Positions 48,108 through 57,138 of a stretch of DNA of 64,000 bases are shown here, piece by piece (the first letter of the stretch is position 1; every line of letters starts with the position of its first letter). The DNA is from an uncultured Candidatus Rokubacteria bacterium. GTDB taxonomy: Bacteria > Methylomirabilota > Methylomirabilia > Rokubacteriales > DASRDR01. A program made the position numbers and the translations under genes. Below the pieces are notes generated by a model. That model did not search any database. It saw nothing but the letters and a program-made list of their open reading frames with translations, and had not been told where the DNA came from. The DNA is taken from positions 64,001 to 128,000 of the forward strand of contig CAWGVS010000005.1 of the NCBI GenBank assembly GCA_963826115.1, in the 5' to 3' direction.

Positions 48108-49114
48108 CGCGACAGCCCTCCCGTCTCCCGGAGGCGCCCGAACACCGCCGGGTTGACCACGCGGTCCGGCCACTCGCCGCGGAGCACTGCGGCCGCCTGC
48201 TTGCTCGCCACGCGCGCGGACAGGGCGCCCGACTCGGTGGACTCGCCCCCGGCGTGCGGCGTCGCGATGACGTTCGGCATGCGGAGGAGCGGGTTACCCG
48301 GGTCGGTCGGCTCCTTCTCGAAGACGTCCAGGCCCGCGCCCGCGATCCAGCCCTCCTGGAGGGCGCGGGTGAGCGCGGCCTCGTCGATGACCCCGCCGCG
48401 GCAGCAGTTGACGAGGTACGCCGTCCGCTTCATGGCCCGGAGCTCGCGCTCCCCCAGGAGGTGCCGGGTCGCCCCGTTCAGCGGGACCTGGACGGACACC
48501 CAGTCCGACCTCGCGAGCAGCGCGTGGAGATCGCCGACCATCTCGACGCCGAGCTCCCGCGGCACGTGCTCCTCCACGTGGGGGTCGTAGGCCACGACGC
48601 GCAGCCCGAACGGCTGGAGTCGCCGGGCCAGCGCCTCGCCGATCGCGCCCAGGCCGATGAGCCCCGCGGTCTCCCCGTCGAGCGTCGTGATCGGCCGGCC
48701 GGCCGGGCGGTCCCACACGCCCTGCCGCATCGCCCGGTCGTACTGCACGATCTTCCGGTTGAGGGCCAGGATCAGGGCGGCGGCGTGGTTCGCGACCTCG
48801 AGGTGGCAGATGTGCGCCGCGTTCGTCACCAGGATGCCCGCGCGGGTGGCGGCGTCCAGGTCGACGCCCTCGAACCCGTGGCCGAACCCGCAGATCACGC
48901 GGGCCCGCTCCATCGCCGCGACCATCGCGGCGTCGACCCGGAAGCCGCCGATCATCACGACGTCGGCGCCGCGGACCGCCTCCCGCGCCTCGGCCGGCGT
49001 CCGGCACTCGACGGAGACGATCTCGACGTCGATGCCGTCGAAGGCGGGCGGCCAGACCTCGTACGGGAACATCTTCGACGAGGGGTGGACCAGCACGACG
49101 CGAGGCTTGGTCAC
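48104..49114 (-). CDS. D-isomer 2-hydroxyacid dehydrogenase (SerA/CtBP-like)
   Basis: GLIGLGAIG, NCCRGG, LDVFEKEP, TPHAG. Confidence 0.9.
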   Translation of the reverse strand: MTKPRVVLVHPSSKMFPYEVWPPAFDGIDVEIVSVECRTPAEAREAVRGADVVMIGGFRVDAAMVAAMERARVICGFGHGFEGVDLDAATRAGILVTNAAHICHLEVANHAAALILALNRKIVQYDRAMRQGVWDRPAGRPITTLDGETAGLIGLGAIGEALARRLQPFGLRVVAYDPHVEEHVPRELGVEMVGDLHALLARSDWVSVQVPLNGATRHLLGERELRAMKRTAYLVNCCRGGVIDEAALTRALQEGWIAGAGLDVFEKEPTDPGNPLLRMPNVIATPHAGGESTESGALSARVASKQAAAVLRGEWPDRVVNPAVFGRLRETGGLSR

Positions 49115-49141
49115 GTGCTCGCTCCTTTCGACGACGGCATG

Positions 49142-49531
49142 TCAGCCGGCGGTGGAGTAGGCGCAGCGGCCGATCGCGACCACCGCGTCGTTGGCGTCCC
49201 GGAGCTCGACGTCGGCCACGCCGACCGTGCGGCCGACCTTGACCGCGCGGGCGAGCGCCCGCAGATCCCCGCGCCGCGCGGGACGGAGATAGTCGACACG
49301 TAGGTCGATGGTCGGCACGCCGCGGCCGAGCTTCGAGGCGATCGCGTAGTCGCCGGCGATGTCGATCAGAGCCGAGATCACGCCGCCGTGGAACCAGTCG
49401 GAGCCGTCGGCGCGGCCCAGCTCGTCCCGCCACGGGAGGCGCATCTCGACCACGCCGTCCTCCGCCCGGACCATCTCGAGCCCGAGGAGCCGGTGGAACG
49501 GCGAGCGGTCGACCTCGAGATGGGTGGTCAT
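49142..49531 (-). CDS. PaaI family thioesterase
   Basis: FHGGVISALID, TIDLRVDYLRP. Confidence 0.9.
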   Translation of the reverse strand: MTTHLEVDRSPFHRLLGLEMVRAEDGVVEMRLPWRDELGRADGSDWFHGGVISALIDIAGDYAIASKLGRGVPTIDLRVDYLRPARRGDLRALARAVKVGRTVGVADVELRDANDAVVAIGRCAYSTAG

Positions 49532-51084
49532 CGCTGGGACTCGAGGGGCGGCAGCTGGGCGGCCTGAGCCTTCAGTGACGAGCGATCGAGCTTGCCCGTC
49601 CCGCCGAGCGGCAGCTTGTCCAGGAAGAAGACGCGCCGCGGGTGGGCGTAGGGGGCGCCGCGCTCGAGGAAAAAGCGCTTGACCTCCTCCTCGTCCGGCG
49701 GGGCCGCGGGGTCCCGGGCCACCACGTACGCGACCGGCGCCTCGCCCTTGGTCGCATGCGGCGCGGGGACGACGCAGGCGTCCTTCAGGCCCGGGTGCCG
49801 GAGGAGGACGTCCTCGACCTCCTTCGGGTAGAGGTTCTCGCCGGCGACGTTGATCATGTCGTCCTTGCGGCCGACGAAGTAGTAGTAGCCCTCCCCGTCC
49901 CGGCGCATGAGGTCACCCGTGTAGAGCCAGCCGTCCCGGATCTTCTGCGCGGTCACCTGGGGCAGCTTCCAGAAGCCCTTGGTGAGCCCCGGGTTCCTCG
50001 TGACGAGCTCCCCGACCTCGTCGACGGCGCAGTCGGTGACGCCGTCGGTCGTCGAGACGATGCGGTTCTCGCAGCTCTGGACGTCGACGCCGCAGGAGCC
50101 GAGCTTCTTGAGCCCGTAGCGCGGATTGGCCATCGGGACCGGGCCGCCCTCGGTCAGGCCGTACGACTCGCCGATCGGCGCCCCGAACACCCGCTGGAAC
50201 TCGATCAGGAGCTCCTCGGGGACCTCGGCGGACCCGCAGAGCGCGTAGCGGATGGACCGGACGCTGTGCCGCGCGAGGGTGTCCTTCTCGGCCAGCATCA
50301 TCTTGTACATGGCCGGCACGCCGGTGAGGTAGGTCACCTTGTGACGATCGATGGCGCGGATCACCTCGACCGGGTCGAAGCCGGGCAGGATGACGAGCGA
50401 GCCGCCCGCCAGGAGGAACGGCTTGACCGCGCCGATCATCGCGTTCTTGTGGTAGAGCGGCACGGCGACCAGCGCGCGCTCGGTGTCGTCGAGGCACGCC
50501 ATCTTCCGGATGATGTCGGCGTTCCACACCTGGCCGCGGTGGGCGAGGAGGACCCCCTTGGGCTTCCCGGTGGAGCCCGAGGTGTAGGGCTGCATGCAGA
50601 CCGAGTCCGGGTCGAGCCGGCGCCGGCGGAAGCGCGGCGACGCGGCGTCGAGCCAGGCGTCCCACCCGATGGCGCCGTCGGCGGGCGGGGCGTCCGCAAC
50701 GACGTGCGCCAGCCCCTTCACCTGGCTCGCGAGGCGTCGGGCCCGCTCGGCCTGGTCGCGGCCCGCGATCAGGACCGTCGCCTCGGCGTCCTGGACGACG
50801 TACGCCAGGGCCTCGTCCCCCATCCGGATGTTCAGCGGGACCGAGACCGCGCCGACCCGCATCGGGCCGAGGAAGGCGGGCAGGAAGCGCCAGTCGTTCG
50901 AGAACATGAGGGCGACGCGGTGGCCGGCGCGCACGCCGAGGCCCGTGAGGGCGTTCGCGGCCCGGTTGCACCAGCCGTCGAGGTCCGCGTACGTGAGGCT
51001 CGTGTCGCCCTGGATGACCGCCACCGACGACGGGGCGAGGCGGAGGGGGATGTCGAACAGGTGGCCCAGGGTGTCGGGGAGCAT
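49528..51084 (-). CDS. Acyl-CoA synthetase (class I adenylate-forming)
   Basis: YTSGSTGKPKG, YGLTE, TGD, GRKDDMI, GKLDR; SD AAGGAG. Confidence 0.92.
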   Translation of the reverse strand: MLPDTLGHLFDIPLRLAPSSVAVIQGDTSLTYADLDGWCNRAANALTGLGVRAGHRVALMFSNDWRFLPAFLGPMRVGAVSVPLNIRMGDEALAYVVQDAEATVLIAGRDQAERARRLASQVKGLAHVVADAPPADGAIGWDAWLDAASPRFRRRRLDPDSVCMQPYTSGSTGKPKGVLLAHRGQVWNADIIRKMACLDDTERALVAVPLYHKNAMIGAVKPFLLAGGSLVILPGFDPVEVIRAIDRHKVTYLTGVPAMYKMMLAEKDTLARHSVRSIRYALCGSAEVPEELLIEFQRVFGAPIGESYGLTEGGPVPMANPRYGLKKLGSCGVDVQSCENRIVSTTDGVTDCAVDEVGELVTRNPGLTKGFWKLPQVTAQKIRDGWLYTGDLMRRDGEGYYYFVGRKDDMINVAGENLYPKEVEDVLLRHPGLKDACVVPAPHATKGEAPVAYVVARDPAAPPDEEEVKRFFLERGAPYAHPRRVFFLDKLPLGGTGKLDRSSLKAQAAQLPPLESQR

Positions 51085-51198
51085 TGCGGGGCGATCTCCT
51101 TCAGGAGCTGGTGGCGATGAAGGGCACGCTGGAGTCCGATTGTACACAGGCGCGTCCATCGCGGGAAAGCGACCACCTGGAGTAGGCTAGGACGCGCG

Positions 51199-54100
51199 AT
51201 GACGTGCCCGGGGTGCGGGTCCGCCGTCCAGGCCGACTTCGCCTTCTGCCCGAGGTGTGGGGGTCCGCTCGCGTCTGCGCGCTCGTCGTCGAGCGGCGCG
51301 GCGCCGGCCCCGCCCGTCGCGCGGGAAGGTGCGCCCGTCGCCGCCGCCAGGGCCGCCGACCGCCAGGCGGAGGGCGACCGGCGGCTGGTCACCGTCCTGT
51401 TCGCGGACCTGGCGGGGTTCACCGCGCTCGCGGAGTCCCTGGATCCGGAGGAAGTCCGCGCGCTTCAGACCGATCTCTTCCGGGAGCTGTCGGGCGCGGT
51501 CGAGCGCTACGACGGCTTCGTCGAGAAGTTCGTCGGGGACGCGGTCATGGCGGTCTTCGGCGCGCCCCGCGCGCACGAGGACGACCCCGAGCGCGCGCTC
51601 CACGCCGCCCTCCTCATGCACGAGCGGGTCGCCGCGCTGAGCGCGCGATGGGAGCCGCGTGTCGGCCGGCCGCTGGCCCTCCACATCGGCGTGAACACCG
51701 GCCCCGTGGTGGCCGGCACCATCGGCGCGGCGTCCGGGGGCGCCTACGCGGTCACCGGCGACACCGTCAACACGGCGTCGCGGCTCCAGAGCGCGGCGCC
51801 CGCGGGCGAGACCCTCGTGAGCCCGTCCACGCGGCAGCTGACGGCGCACGCCTTCCGCCTGGCTCCGGCGGGCGAGATCGCAATGAAAGGGAAGAGCCAG
51901 CCGCTCGCAGCCTTCCGGCTCGCGAACGCGCGCGCGACCCGCCGCTCCGGGCGGGGGCTCGCGGCGCTGGGACTGAGTGCGCCCATGGTGGGCCGGGCGG
52001 CCGAGCTCGGCCAGATGGTCACCGTATTCGACGAGATGCGCCAGGGCGGGGCGCGGGTGGTGAGCGTGACCGGCGAGGCCGGCGTGGGCAAGTCGCGCCT
52101 GCTCCAGGAGTGGCTCGCAACGCTCGAGGCGAGCGGGCGGCTTGCCTCGGTGAGCGTGCGCCACGCCGTGTGCTCCTCGCTCGGCGAGCAGCCCTACGCG
52201 GTGTTCGCCGCCTTCTTCCGGGAAGCGTACGGCGTGGGCCCCGGCGACTCCCTCGAGGTCGCCCGGCAGAAGCTCGCCTCGGGCCTGGTGGCGCTGGGCG
52301 GGGAGGGGGAGGAAGCGGCCACGATCGCGTCGCTCCTCGGATACGTCCTGGGGGTCGAGGACGCCGATCGCTTCCGCCACGTCGAGCCCGAGCAGCTCAA
52401 GCGCCAGATCTTCCTCGCGATGCGGCGCCTGATCGAGCGACGGCTCCGGCAGGGCCCGCTCGTGCTGACCGTCGAGAACCTCCACTGGGCCGACGCCGCC
52501 TCGGCGGAGCTCCTCCAGGTGGTGCTCGACCGGCTCGCGGACCAGCCGCTCATGCTCGTCGCGACCTGCCGGCCGGGCGCGGAGCTCCGGGCCCTCGCCA
52601 CGACCCGCGCCGTGCACACCGCGCTCCGCCTGATGCCGCTGTCGCCGCGCGAGAGCGAAGCCTTGCTGGCGGCCTACCTCGGCGAGTCGACCGCAGGCAT
52701 GCCGCCGCGCCTCCATCAGCTGGTCCTCGAGCGGGCCGGCGGGCAGCCGCTCTATCTGGAGGAGATCCTCCGCGGCCTGATCGCCTCCGGCATCCTCGTC
52801 CGCGGGGAGGCCGGGTGGACGTGCACCGCCGGGGCCGCCGTCGCGGACGTGCCGCCGACCATCCACGGACTCCTGCTCGCCAGGGTCGACCGCCTCCCGG
52901 ACGGCGTGCGGCACGCTCTCCAGGAGGCCGCGGTCCTGGGGCCGGTCTTCGACGCCGCCCTTCTCCGCGAGGTCGCGAGCGACCCCGCCGACTTGGAGCC
53001 CGCGCTGGAGCATCTCCGCGGGGCCGACTTCCTGGAGACCGCGGCGGGACTGACGGACGACGCCGCGGCGGGCGCGCCGCGAGATCGCCGCTACCGGTTC
53101 ACGAACGCGCTCCTCCAGGAGGTCGCGTACCAGAGCCTTCTGCTTCGCCGCCGGATCGAGCTTCACGCGCGGGCGGGTCGGGCGCTGGAGGGCATGGTCG
53201 GCGGGCGTCCGACGCGGCTCGAGGACATCGAAGCCCTTGCTCGCCACTGGGACCTGGGCGGCGACCGGCGCAAGGCGGCGCGCTACCTCGTGGCGGCGGG
53301 CGACTGGGCCCGCAGGCTCTACGCCAACGAGGACGCCATCCAGCACTACGAGCGGGCACTCGCGACGCTCGCCCGGTCCGAGGCACCCGCCGGTGAGGTC
53401 TCGACCATCGAGGAGCGCCTGGCCGACATCCTGACGCCCCTCGGACGTCGCGCCGAGGCGCTCGCGCACTACGAGCGGGTTCTCGCCGCGGCCGCGGCAG
53501 CCGGAGACCGGTCGACCCAGGCCCGGCTCGAACGGAAGCTCGCGACCCTCGCCTGGGATGCGGGCGACCGGCCGGCGGCCGCCGCCCGGCTCCGGGCCGG
53601 GCTCGAGCTCATGGAGGGCCAGCCGGAGGACATCGAGCTGGCGCACCTCTACCACGAGATGGGGCGGCAGGCGTTCCGGAGCGGCGACAACGAGGGCGCG
53701 GTCGCCTGGGCGGAGCGGGCCCTCGCTCAGGCCGAGCGCCTCGGCGCGGCGCCGGCCGGCTCCGACGCGCCGATCCCGGGCGACCGCGCCACCGAGATCG
53801 CCCTCGCCGTGACGCAGGCCTACAACACCCTCGGAGTCGCCCTCGCCCGCATGGGGCGACTCCAGGACGCGGTCGGGCATCTCGAGCGGAGCCTCGCGGT
53901 GGCCGAGGCCCACGAGCTGATGCAGGCGGCCTGCCGCGGCTACACGAACCTGGGCGTCCTCTACAGTACGCTCGATCCCAAGCGCGCCATTGACACGTGC
54001 CTCCGGGGGCTCGAGATGGCGAAGAAGATCGGGGACCTCGGGCTCCAGTCGCGGCTGAACACGAACCTGGCGGTCGCGTACTGCGCGCTCACGAACCGGT

Positions 54101-54441
54101 GCGAGGAGCAGGGACTCACGGCCGCGCACACGGCCCTCGACCTGGACCGCCAGCTCGGCCAGCTCGACCACCTCGCGGTGCCGCTGATCGTGCTGGGCCA
54201 GATCCAGCAGTGCCACGGCGACCCCGAGCTGGCGCTGGGCTACTACCGCGAGGCGCTCGCCCTCGTCGAGCCGACGGGAGAGCCGCAGTTCCTCTTCCCT
54301 TGCTATGATGGCCTGGCCACGCTCTACCTCGACCGCGACGACCACGTCCGGGCCGAGGAATTCATGCAGAAGGCGCAGCAGGTGTGCGAGCAGGCCGGAC
54401 TCGATCCGGAGTCCTTCGTGGTCCTTCCGTTCCTCGAATAG
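51199..54441 (+). CDS. Zn-ribbon + class III adenylate cyclase + AAA ATPase + TPR (STAND-type) protein
   Basis: CPGC..CPRC, FADLAGFT, KFVGDAVM, GDTVNTASR, GEAGVGKS, ENLHWAD, TPR-like C-terminus. Confidence 0.92.
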   Translation: MTCPGCGSAVQADFAFCPRCGGPLASARSSSSGAAPAPPVAREGAPVAAARAADRQAEGDRRLVTVLFADLAGFTALAESLDPEEVRALQTDLFRELSGAVERYDGFVEKFVGDAVMAVFGAPRAHEDDPERALHAALLMHERVAALSARWEPRVGRPLALHIGVNTGPVVAGTIGAASGGAYAVTGDTVNTASRLQSAAPAGETLVSPSTRQLTAHAFRLAPAGEIAMKGKSQPLAAFRLANARATRRSGRGLAALGLSAPMVGRAAELGQMVTVFDEMRQGGARVVSVTGEAGVGKSRLLQEWLATLEASGRLASVSVRHAVCSSLGEQPYAVFAAFFREAYGVGPGDSLEVARQKLASGLVALGGEGEEAATIASLLGYVLGVEDADRFRHVEPEQLKRQIFLAMRRLIERRLRQGPLVLTVENLHWADAASAELLQVVLDRLADQPLMLVATCRPGAELRALATTRAVHTALRLMPLSPRESEALLAAYLGESTAGMPPRLHQLVLERAGGQPLYLEEILRGLIASGILVRGEAGWTCTAGAAVADVPPTIHGLLLARVDRLPDGVRHALQEAAVLGPVFDAALLREVASDPADLEPALEHLRGADFLETAAGLTDDAAAGAPRDRRYRFTNALLQEVAYQSLLLRRRIELHARAGRALEGMVGGRPTRLEDIEALARHWDLGGDRRKAARYLVAAGDWARRLYANEDAIQHYERALATLARSEAPAGEVSTIEERLADILTPLGRRAEALAHYERVLAAAAAAGDRSTQARLERKLATLAWDAGDRPAAAARLRAGLELMEGQPEDIELAHLYHEMGRQAFRSGDNEGAVAWAERALAQAERLGAAPAGSDAPIPGDRATEIALAVTQAYNTLGVALARMGRLQDAVGHLERSLAVAEAHELMQAACRGYTNLGVLYSTLDPKRAIDTCLRGLEMAKKIGDLGLQSRLNTNLAVAYCALTNRCEEQGLTAAHTALDLDRQLGQLDHLAVPLIVLGQIQQCHGDPELALGYYREALALVEPTGEPQFLFPCYDGLATLYLDRDDHVRAEEFMQKAQQVCEQAGLDPESFVVLPFLE

Positions 54442-54451
54442 GGAGACGCAC

Positions 54452-55099
54452 ATGACCGCAACCGAGTCCCGACCGCCCGTCCAGCCGGGAGAGCCGGCTC
54501 CCGAGTTCACCCTTCCGGCAGCGAGCGGGGAAGGCTCCGTGTCGCTCGCCCAGTACCGAGGGAAGAGCCCGGTGTACCTCGCGCTCTTCCGCGGGCTCTA
54601 CTGCTCGTTCTGCCGGCGGCACGTCGTCCACCTGGGATCGATCGCCGAGAAACTGCGAGAGGTGGGCGTCCAGACGCTGGGCGTGGTCGCCACGGATCCC
54701 GAGCGGGCGCGTTTCTACTTCAAGTTCCGTCCACCCAAGATGCCGATGGGTGCCGATCCGGACCTCAAGACGCACCAGACGTATGGGCTGCCGAACTTCC
54801 CGCTCTCGGCCGACGCGTTGGGCGTCGGAAATGCCGCGGCGGCCCGGGAGTTGCGCCACCTGAACCAGCCGGTGCCGGCCGAGCCGCTCCAGGCCTTCAT
54901 GAAGCTGGACGGGTACGAGGCGACTCCGGCCGACAACGACGACTTCAAGCGCCATCAGGTGCAGCTGATCGGCACTTTCCTCCTCGATCGGGGCGGTATC
55001 GTGCGCCACGCCTTCGTGGAGTGCGCCCAGGGTGGTCCCGCCGCATTCGGCGAGATGCCCTCGGCGGAGCAGATCCTGGCGAGCGCGCGGGCGCTCTGA
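54452..55099 (+). CDS. AhpC/TSA (peroxiredoxin-like) protein
   Basis: PGEPAPEFTLP, FRGLYCSFCRR, GTFLLDRGG. Confidence 0.82.
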   Translation: MTATESRPPVQPGEPAPEFTLPAASGEGSVSLAQYRGKSPVYLALFRGLYCSFCRRHVVHLGSIAEKLREVGVQTLGVVATDPERARFYFKFRPPKMPMGADPDLKTHQTYGLPNFPLSADALGVGNAAAARELRHLNQPVPAEPLQAFMKLDGYEATPADNDDFKRHQVQLIGTFLLDRGGIVRHAFVECAQGGPAAFGEMPSAEQILASARAL

Positions 55100-55126
55100 C
55101 GTCCCGAGACGGTGAAGCGCCGCCGG

Positions 55127-56728
55127 TCAGGCCGGCGGCTTGAGCCCGACGACGTTGAACGTTGGGACCGGCCGGGAGAGGCCGCGGAGCGAGAGCGCGC
55201 CGACCTCCTCCGCCTGGATGAGCTCCTCGGTCGCGGCAGCGACGCGCGAGGTGATCAGGACCTGGCCGCCCTGCGCCTCCGCGCAGAGCCGCGCGGCGAG
55301 GTTGGTAACCGTGCCGATCGCGCCGTAGTCCCAGCGGCCCTCGAAGCCGATCGCGCCGATCGTCGCGTAGCCCTGGGCGATCCCTACGCCCAGGTCCAGG
55401 TCGTGGCCGCGCTTCCGCCAGACCCCCCGGAGCTCGCGGACGCGGTCCCGCATGGCGGCGGCCATCCGGACGGCGCGCTCGGCGGGGTTGTCGACGGGCA
55501 CCGGGTCGTTGAAGAAGACCATCATGCCGTCGCCGGCGAACCGCTCGAGCGTGCCCTCGTGCGCGAGGATGAGCTGTCCCATCGCCTCGTGGTACTCGCG
55601 GAGGACCCCCATCACCTCTTCCGGCTCCGCCGTCTCCGCGAAGGCGGTGAAGCCGCGCAGGTCGAGGAAGACGACGGTGATCTCGCGGCGGTGCGTGCGG
55701 AGCGGGTCGCCGGCGCCGCCGGCCACGATCAGCTCGGCGAGCTGGGGCGAGAAGAACCGCTTCAGCCGGCCGAGTCGCTCCACCTGGGCGACCTGGTCCT
55801 GGACGCGCTGCTCGAGCGTGCGATTCCACTCCGCCAGCTCGGCCGAGTGCCGCGCTTCCTGGTCGCGCAGACGCTTCTTCTCCAGGCACGCGCCGATGCG
55901 GGCCCGGAGCAGGACGGGGTCGCACGGCTTTGGCAGGTAGTCCTCGGCCCCGAGCTCGATCGAGCGGACGACGCTGGCGGCCTCGTCGAGCGCCGAGATC
56001 ATCAAGACCGGGATGTGGCGTCGCTCCGGATCGCGCTTCAGACGCTCCAGCACGGCCGGCCCGTCGAGGTCGGGCATCATGACGTCGAGCAGGACGAGGT
56101 CGACCGGCTCGACCTGGAGGAGCGCGAGAGCTTCGAGACCGCCCTTTGCCGCCCGGACCTGGTGCCCCTCGCGCGCCAGGCGCCGCGAGAGGAGCGTGCG
56201 ATTCTCCTCGTCATCGTCGACGACCAGGATCGTCGCCGGCGCGACGGCGGGGCCGTGAGTCACCACCGTCGTCTCGGCACCCGGCCCCGGGTGGAGCGGG
56301 GGAGCGGTGGGGGAGCTGAACGGCGCGCCCGGCAACGTTGCCGTGAGGCCGCCCCGGACCAGCGTCCTGAGCCTCGTCAGCGCCGTCGCGATGCGCTGCG
56401 CGTCGGAGGCGACCGTGGCGCTCTGGCCGTCGCCAGCCAGGCGCCCGAGACGGTCCACGGCCTCGCCGAGCCGCGCGAGGGGCGCCTCGAGTGCGGCCGT
56501 GAGGCGGCCGCGGTCCGGCGGGCCTTCGCTGACGCGGACGGCGGAGAGGGACTCCTCGACCACCGCCAGTAGCGCCCGGCCGTCGCCGAGGACCCGCCGG
56601 AGCTGGGTCGCGAGCTCTCCGCCTTCATCCGCGTCCTCGAGCAGCATCTCGCTGTAGCCCAGGATGTGATTGAGCGGCGTGCGCAGCTCGTGCCGGAGGT
56701 GCGCGAGCCCGCCCGGGTCGCCGGTCAT
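55127..56728 (-). CDS. HisKA-like phosphoacceptor + receiver + class III adenylate cyclase
   Basis: [16 protein letters not shown]; LVVDD/LLDVMMP/KP receiver; FLDLRGFT, AGDGMM, IGTVTNLAARL. Confidence 0.9.
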   Translation of the reverse strand: MTGDPGGLAHLRHELRTPLNHILGYSEMLLEDADEGGELATQLRRVLGDGRALLAVVEESLSAVRVSEGPPDRGRLTAALEAPLARLGEAVDRLGRLAGDGQSATVASDAQRIATALTRLRTLVRGGLTATLPGAPFSSPTAPPLHPGPGAETTVVTHGPAVAPATILVVDDDEENRTLLSRRLAREGHQVRAAKGGLEALALLQVEPVDLVLLDVMMPDLDGPAVLERLKRDPERRHIPVLMISALDEAASVVRSIELGAEDYLPKPCDPVLLRARIGACLEKKRLRDQEARHSAELAEWNRTLEQRVQDQVAQVERLGRLKRFFSPQLAELIVAGGAGDPLRTHRREITVVFLDLRGFTAFAETAEPEEVMGVLREYHEAMGQLILAHEGTLERFAGDGMMVFFNDPVPVDNPAERAVRMAAAMRDRVRELRGVWRKRGHDLDLGVGIAQGYATIGAIGFEGRWDYGAIGTVTNLAARLCAEAQGGQVLITSRVAAATEELIQAEEVGALSLRGLSRPVPTFNVVGLKPPA

Positions 56729-57090
56729 CGGGTGAGGAGGACCTCGATCTTGCCGAGGAGCCGGTCGAGCTCGATCGGCTTCGTGTCGAAGTCGTCGCAT
56801 CCCGCGTCGAGGGCCTTCTCGCGGTCGCCCGCCATCGCGTGCGCGGTGAGGGCGATGATGGGGATCGCCCGGGTGGCCGGGTCGGCGCGGAGCTCTCGCG
56901 TCGCCTCCCACCCGTCGAGGACGGGCAGGCTCATGTCCATCAGCACGAGGGCCGGCCGCTCGGCGCGCGCCTTGTCCACGCCCTCCCGACCGTCCACCGC
57001 GACCACCACCTCGTAACCGCGCTTGGTCAGGCGCCGCGAGAGCATGTCGCGGTTCATCTCGTTGTCCTCGATGAGGAGGATCTTCGCCAT
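56725..57090 (-). CDS. Single-domain response regulator (DivK-like)
   Basis: LIEDN, LMDMSLP, LTAHAM, DTKP. Confidence 0.92.
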   Translation of the reverse strand: MAKILLIEDNEMNRDMLSRRLTKRGYEVVVAVDGREGVDKARAERPALVLMDMSLPVLDGWEATRELRADPATRAIPIIALTAHAMAGDREKALDAGCDDFDTKPIELDRLLGKIEVLLTR

Positions 57091-57138
57091 CAGGCTCTCC
57101 TCGCTGGGTTGGCCCACGTCCCCACCGCGCGTGTCATC

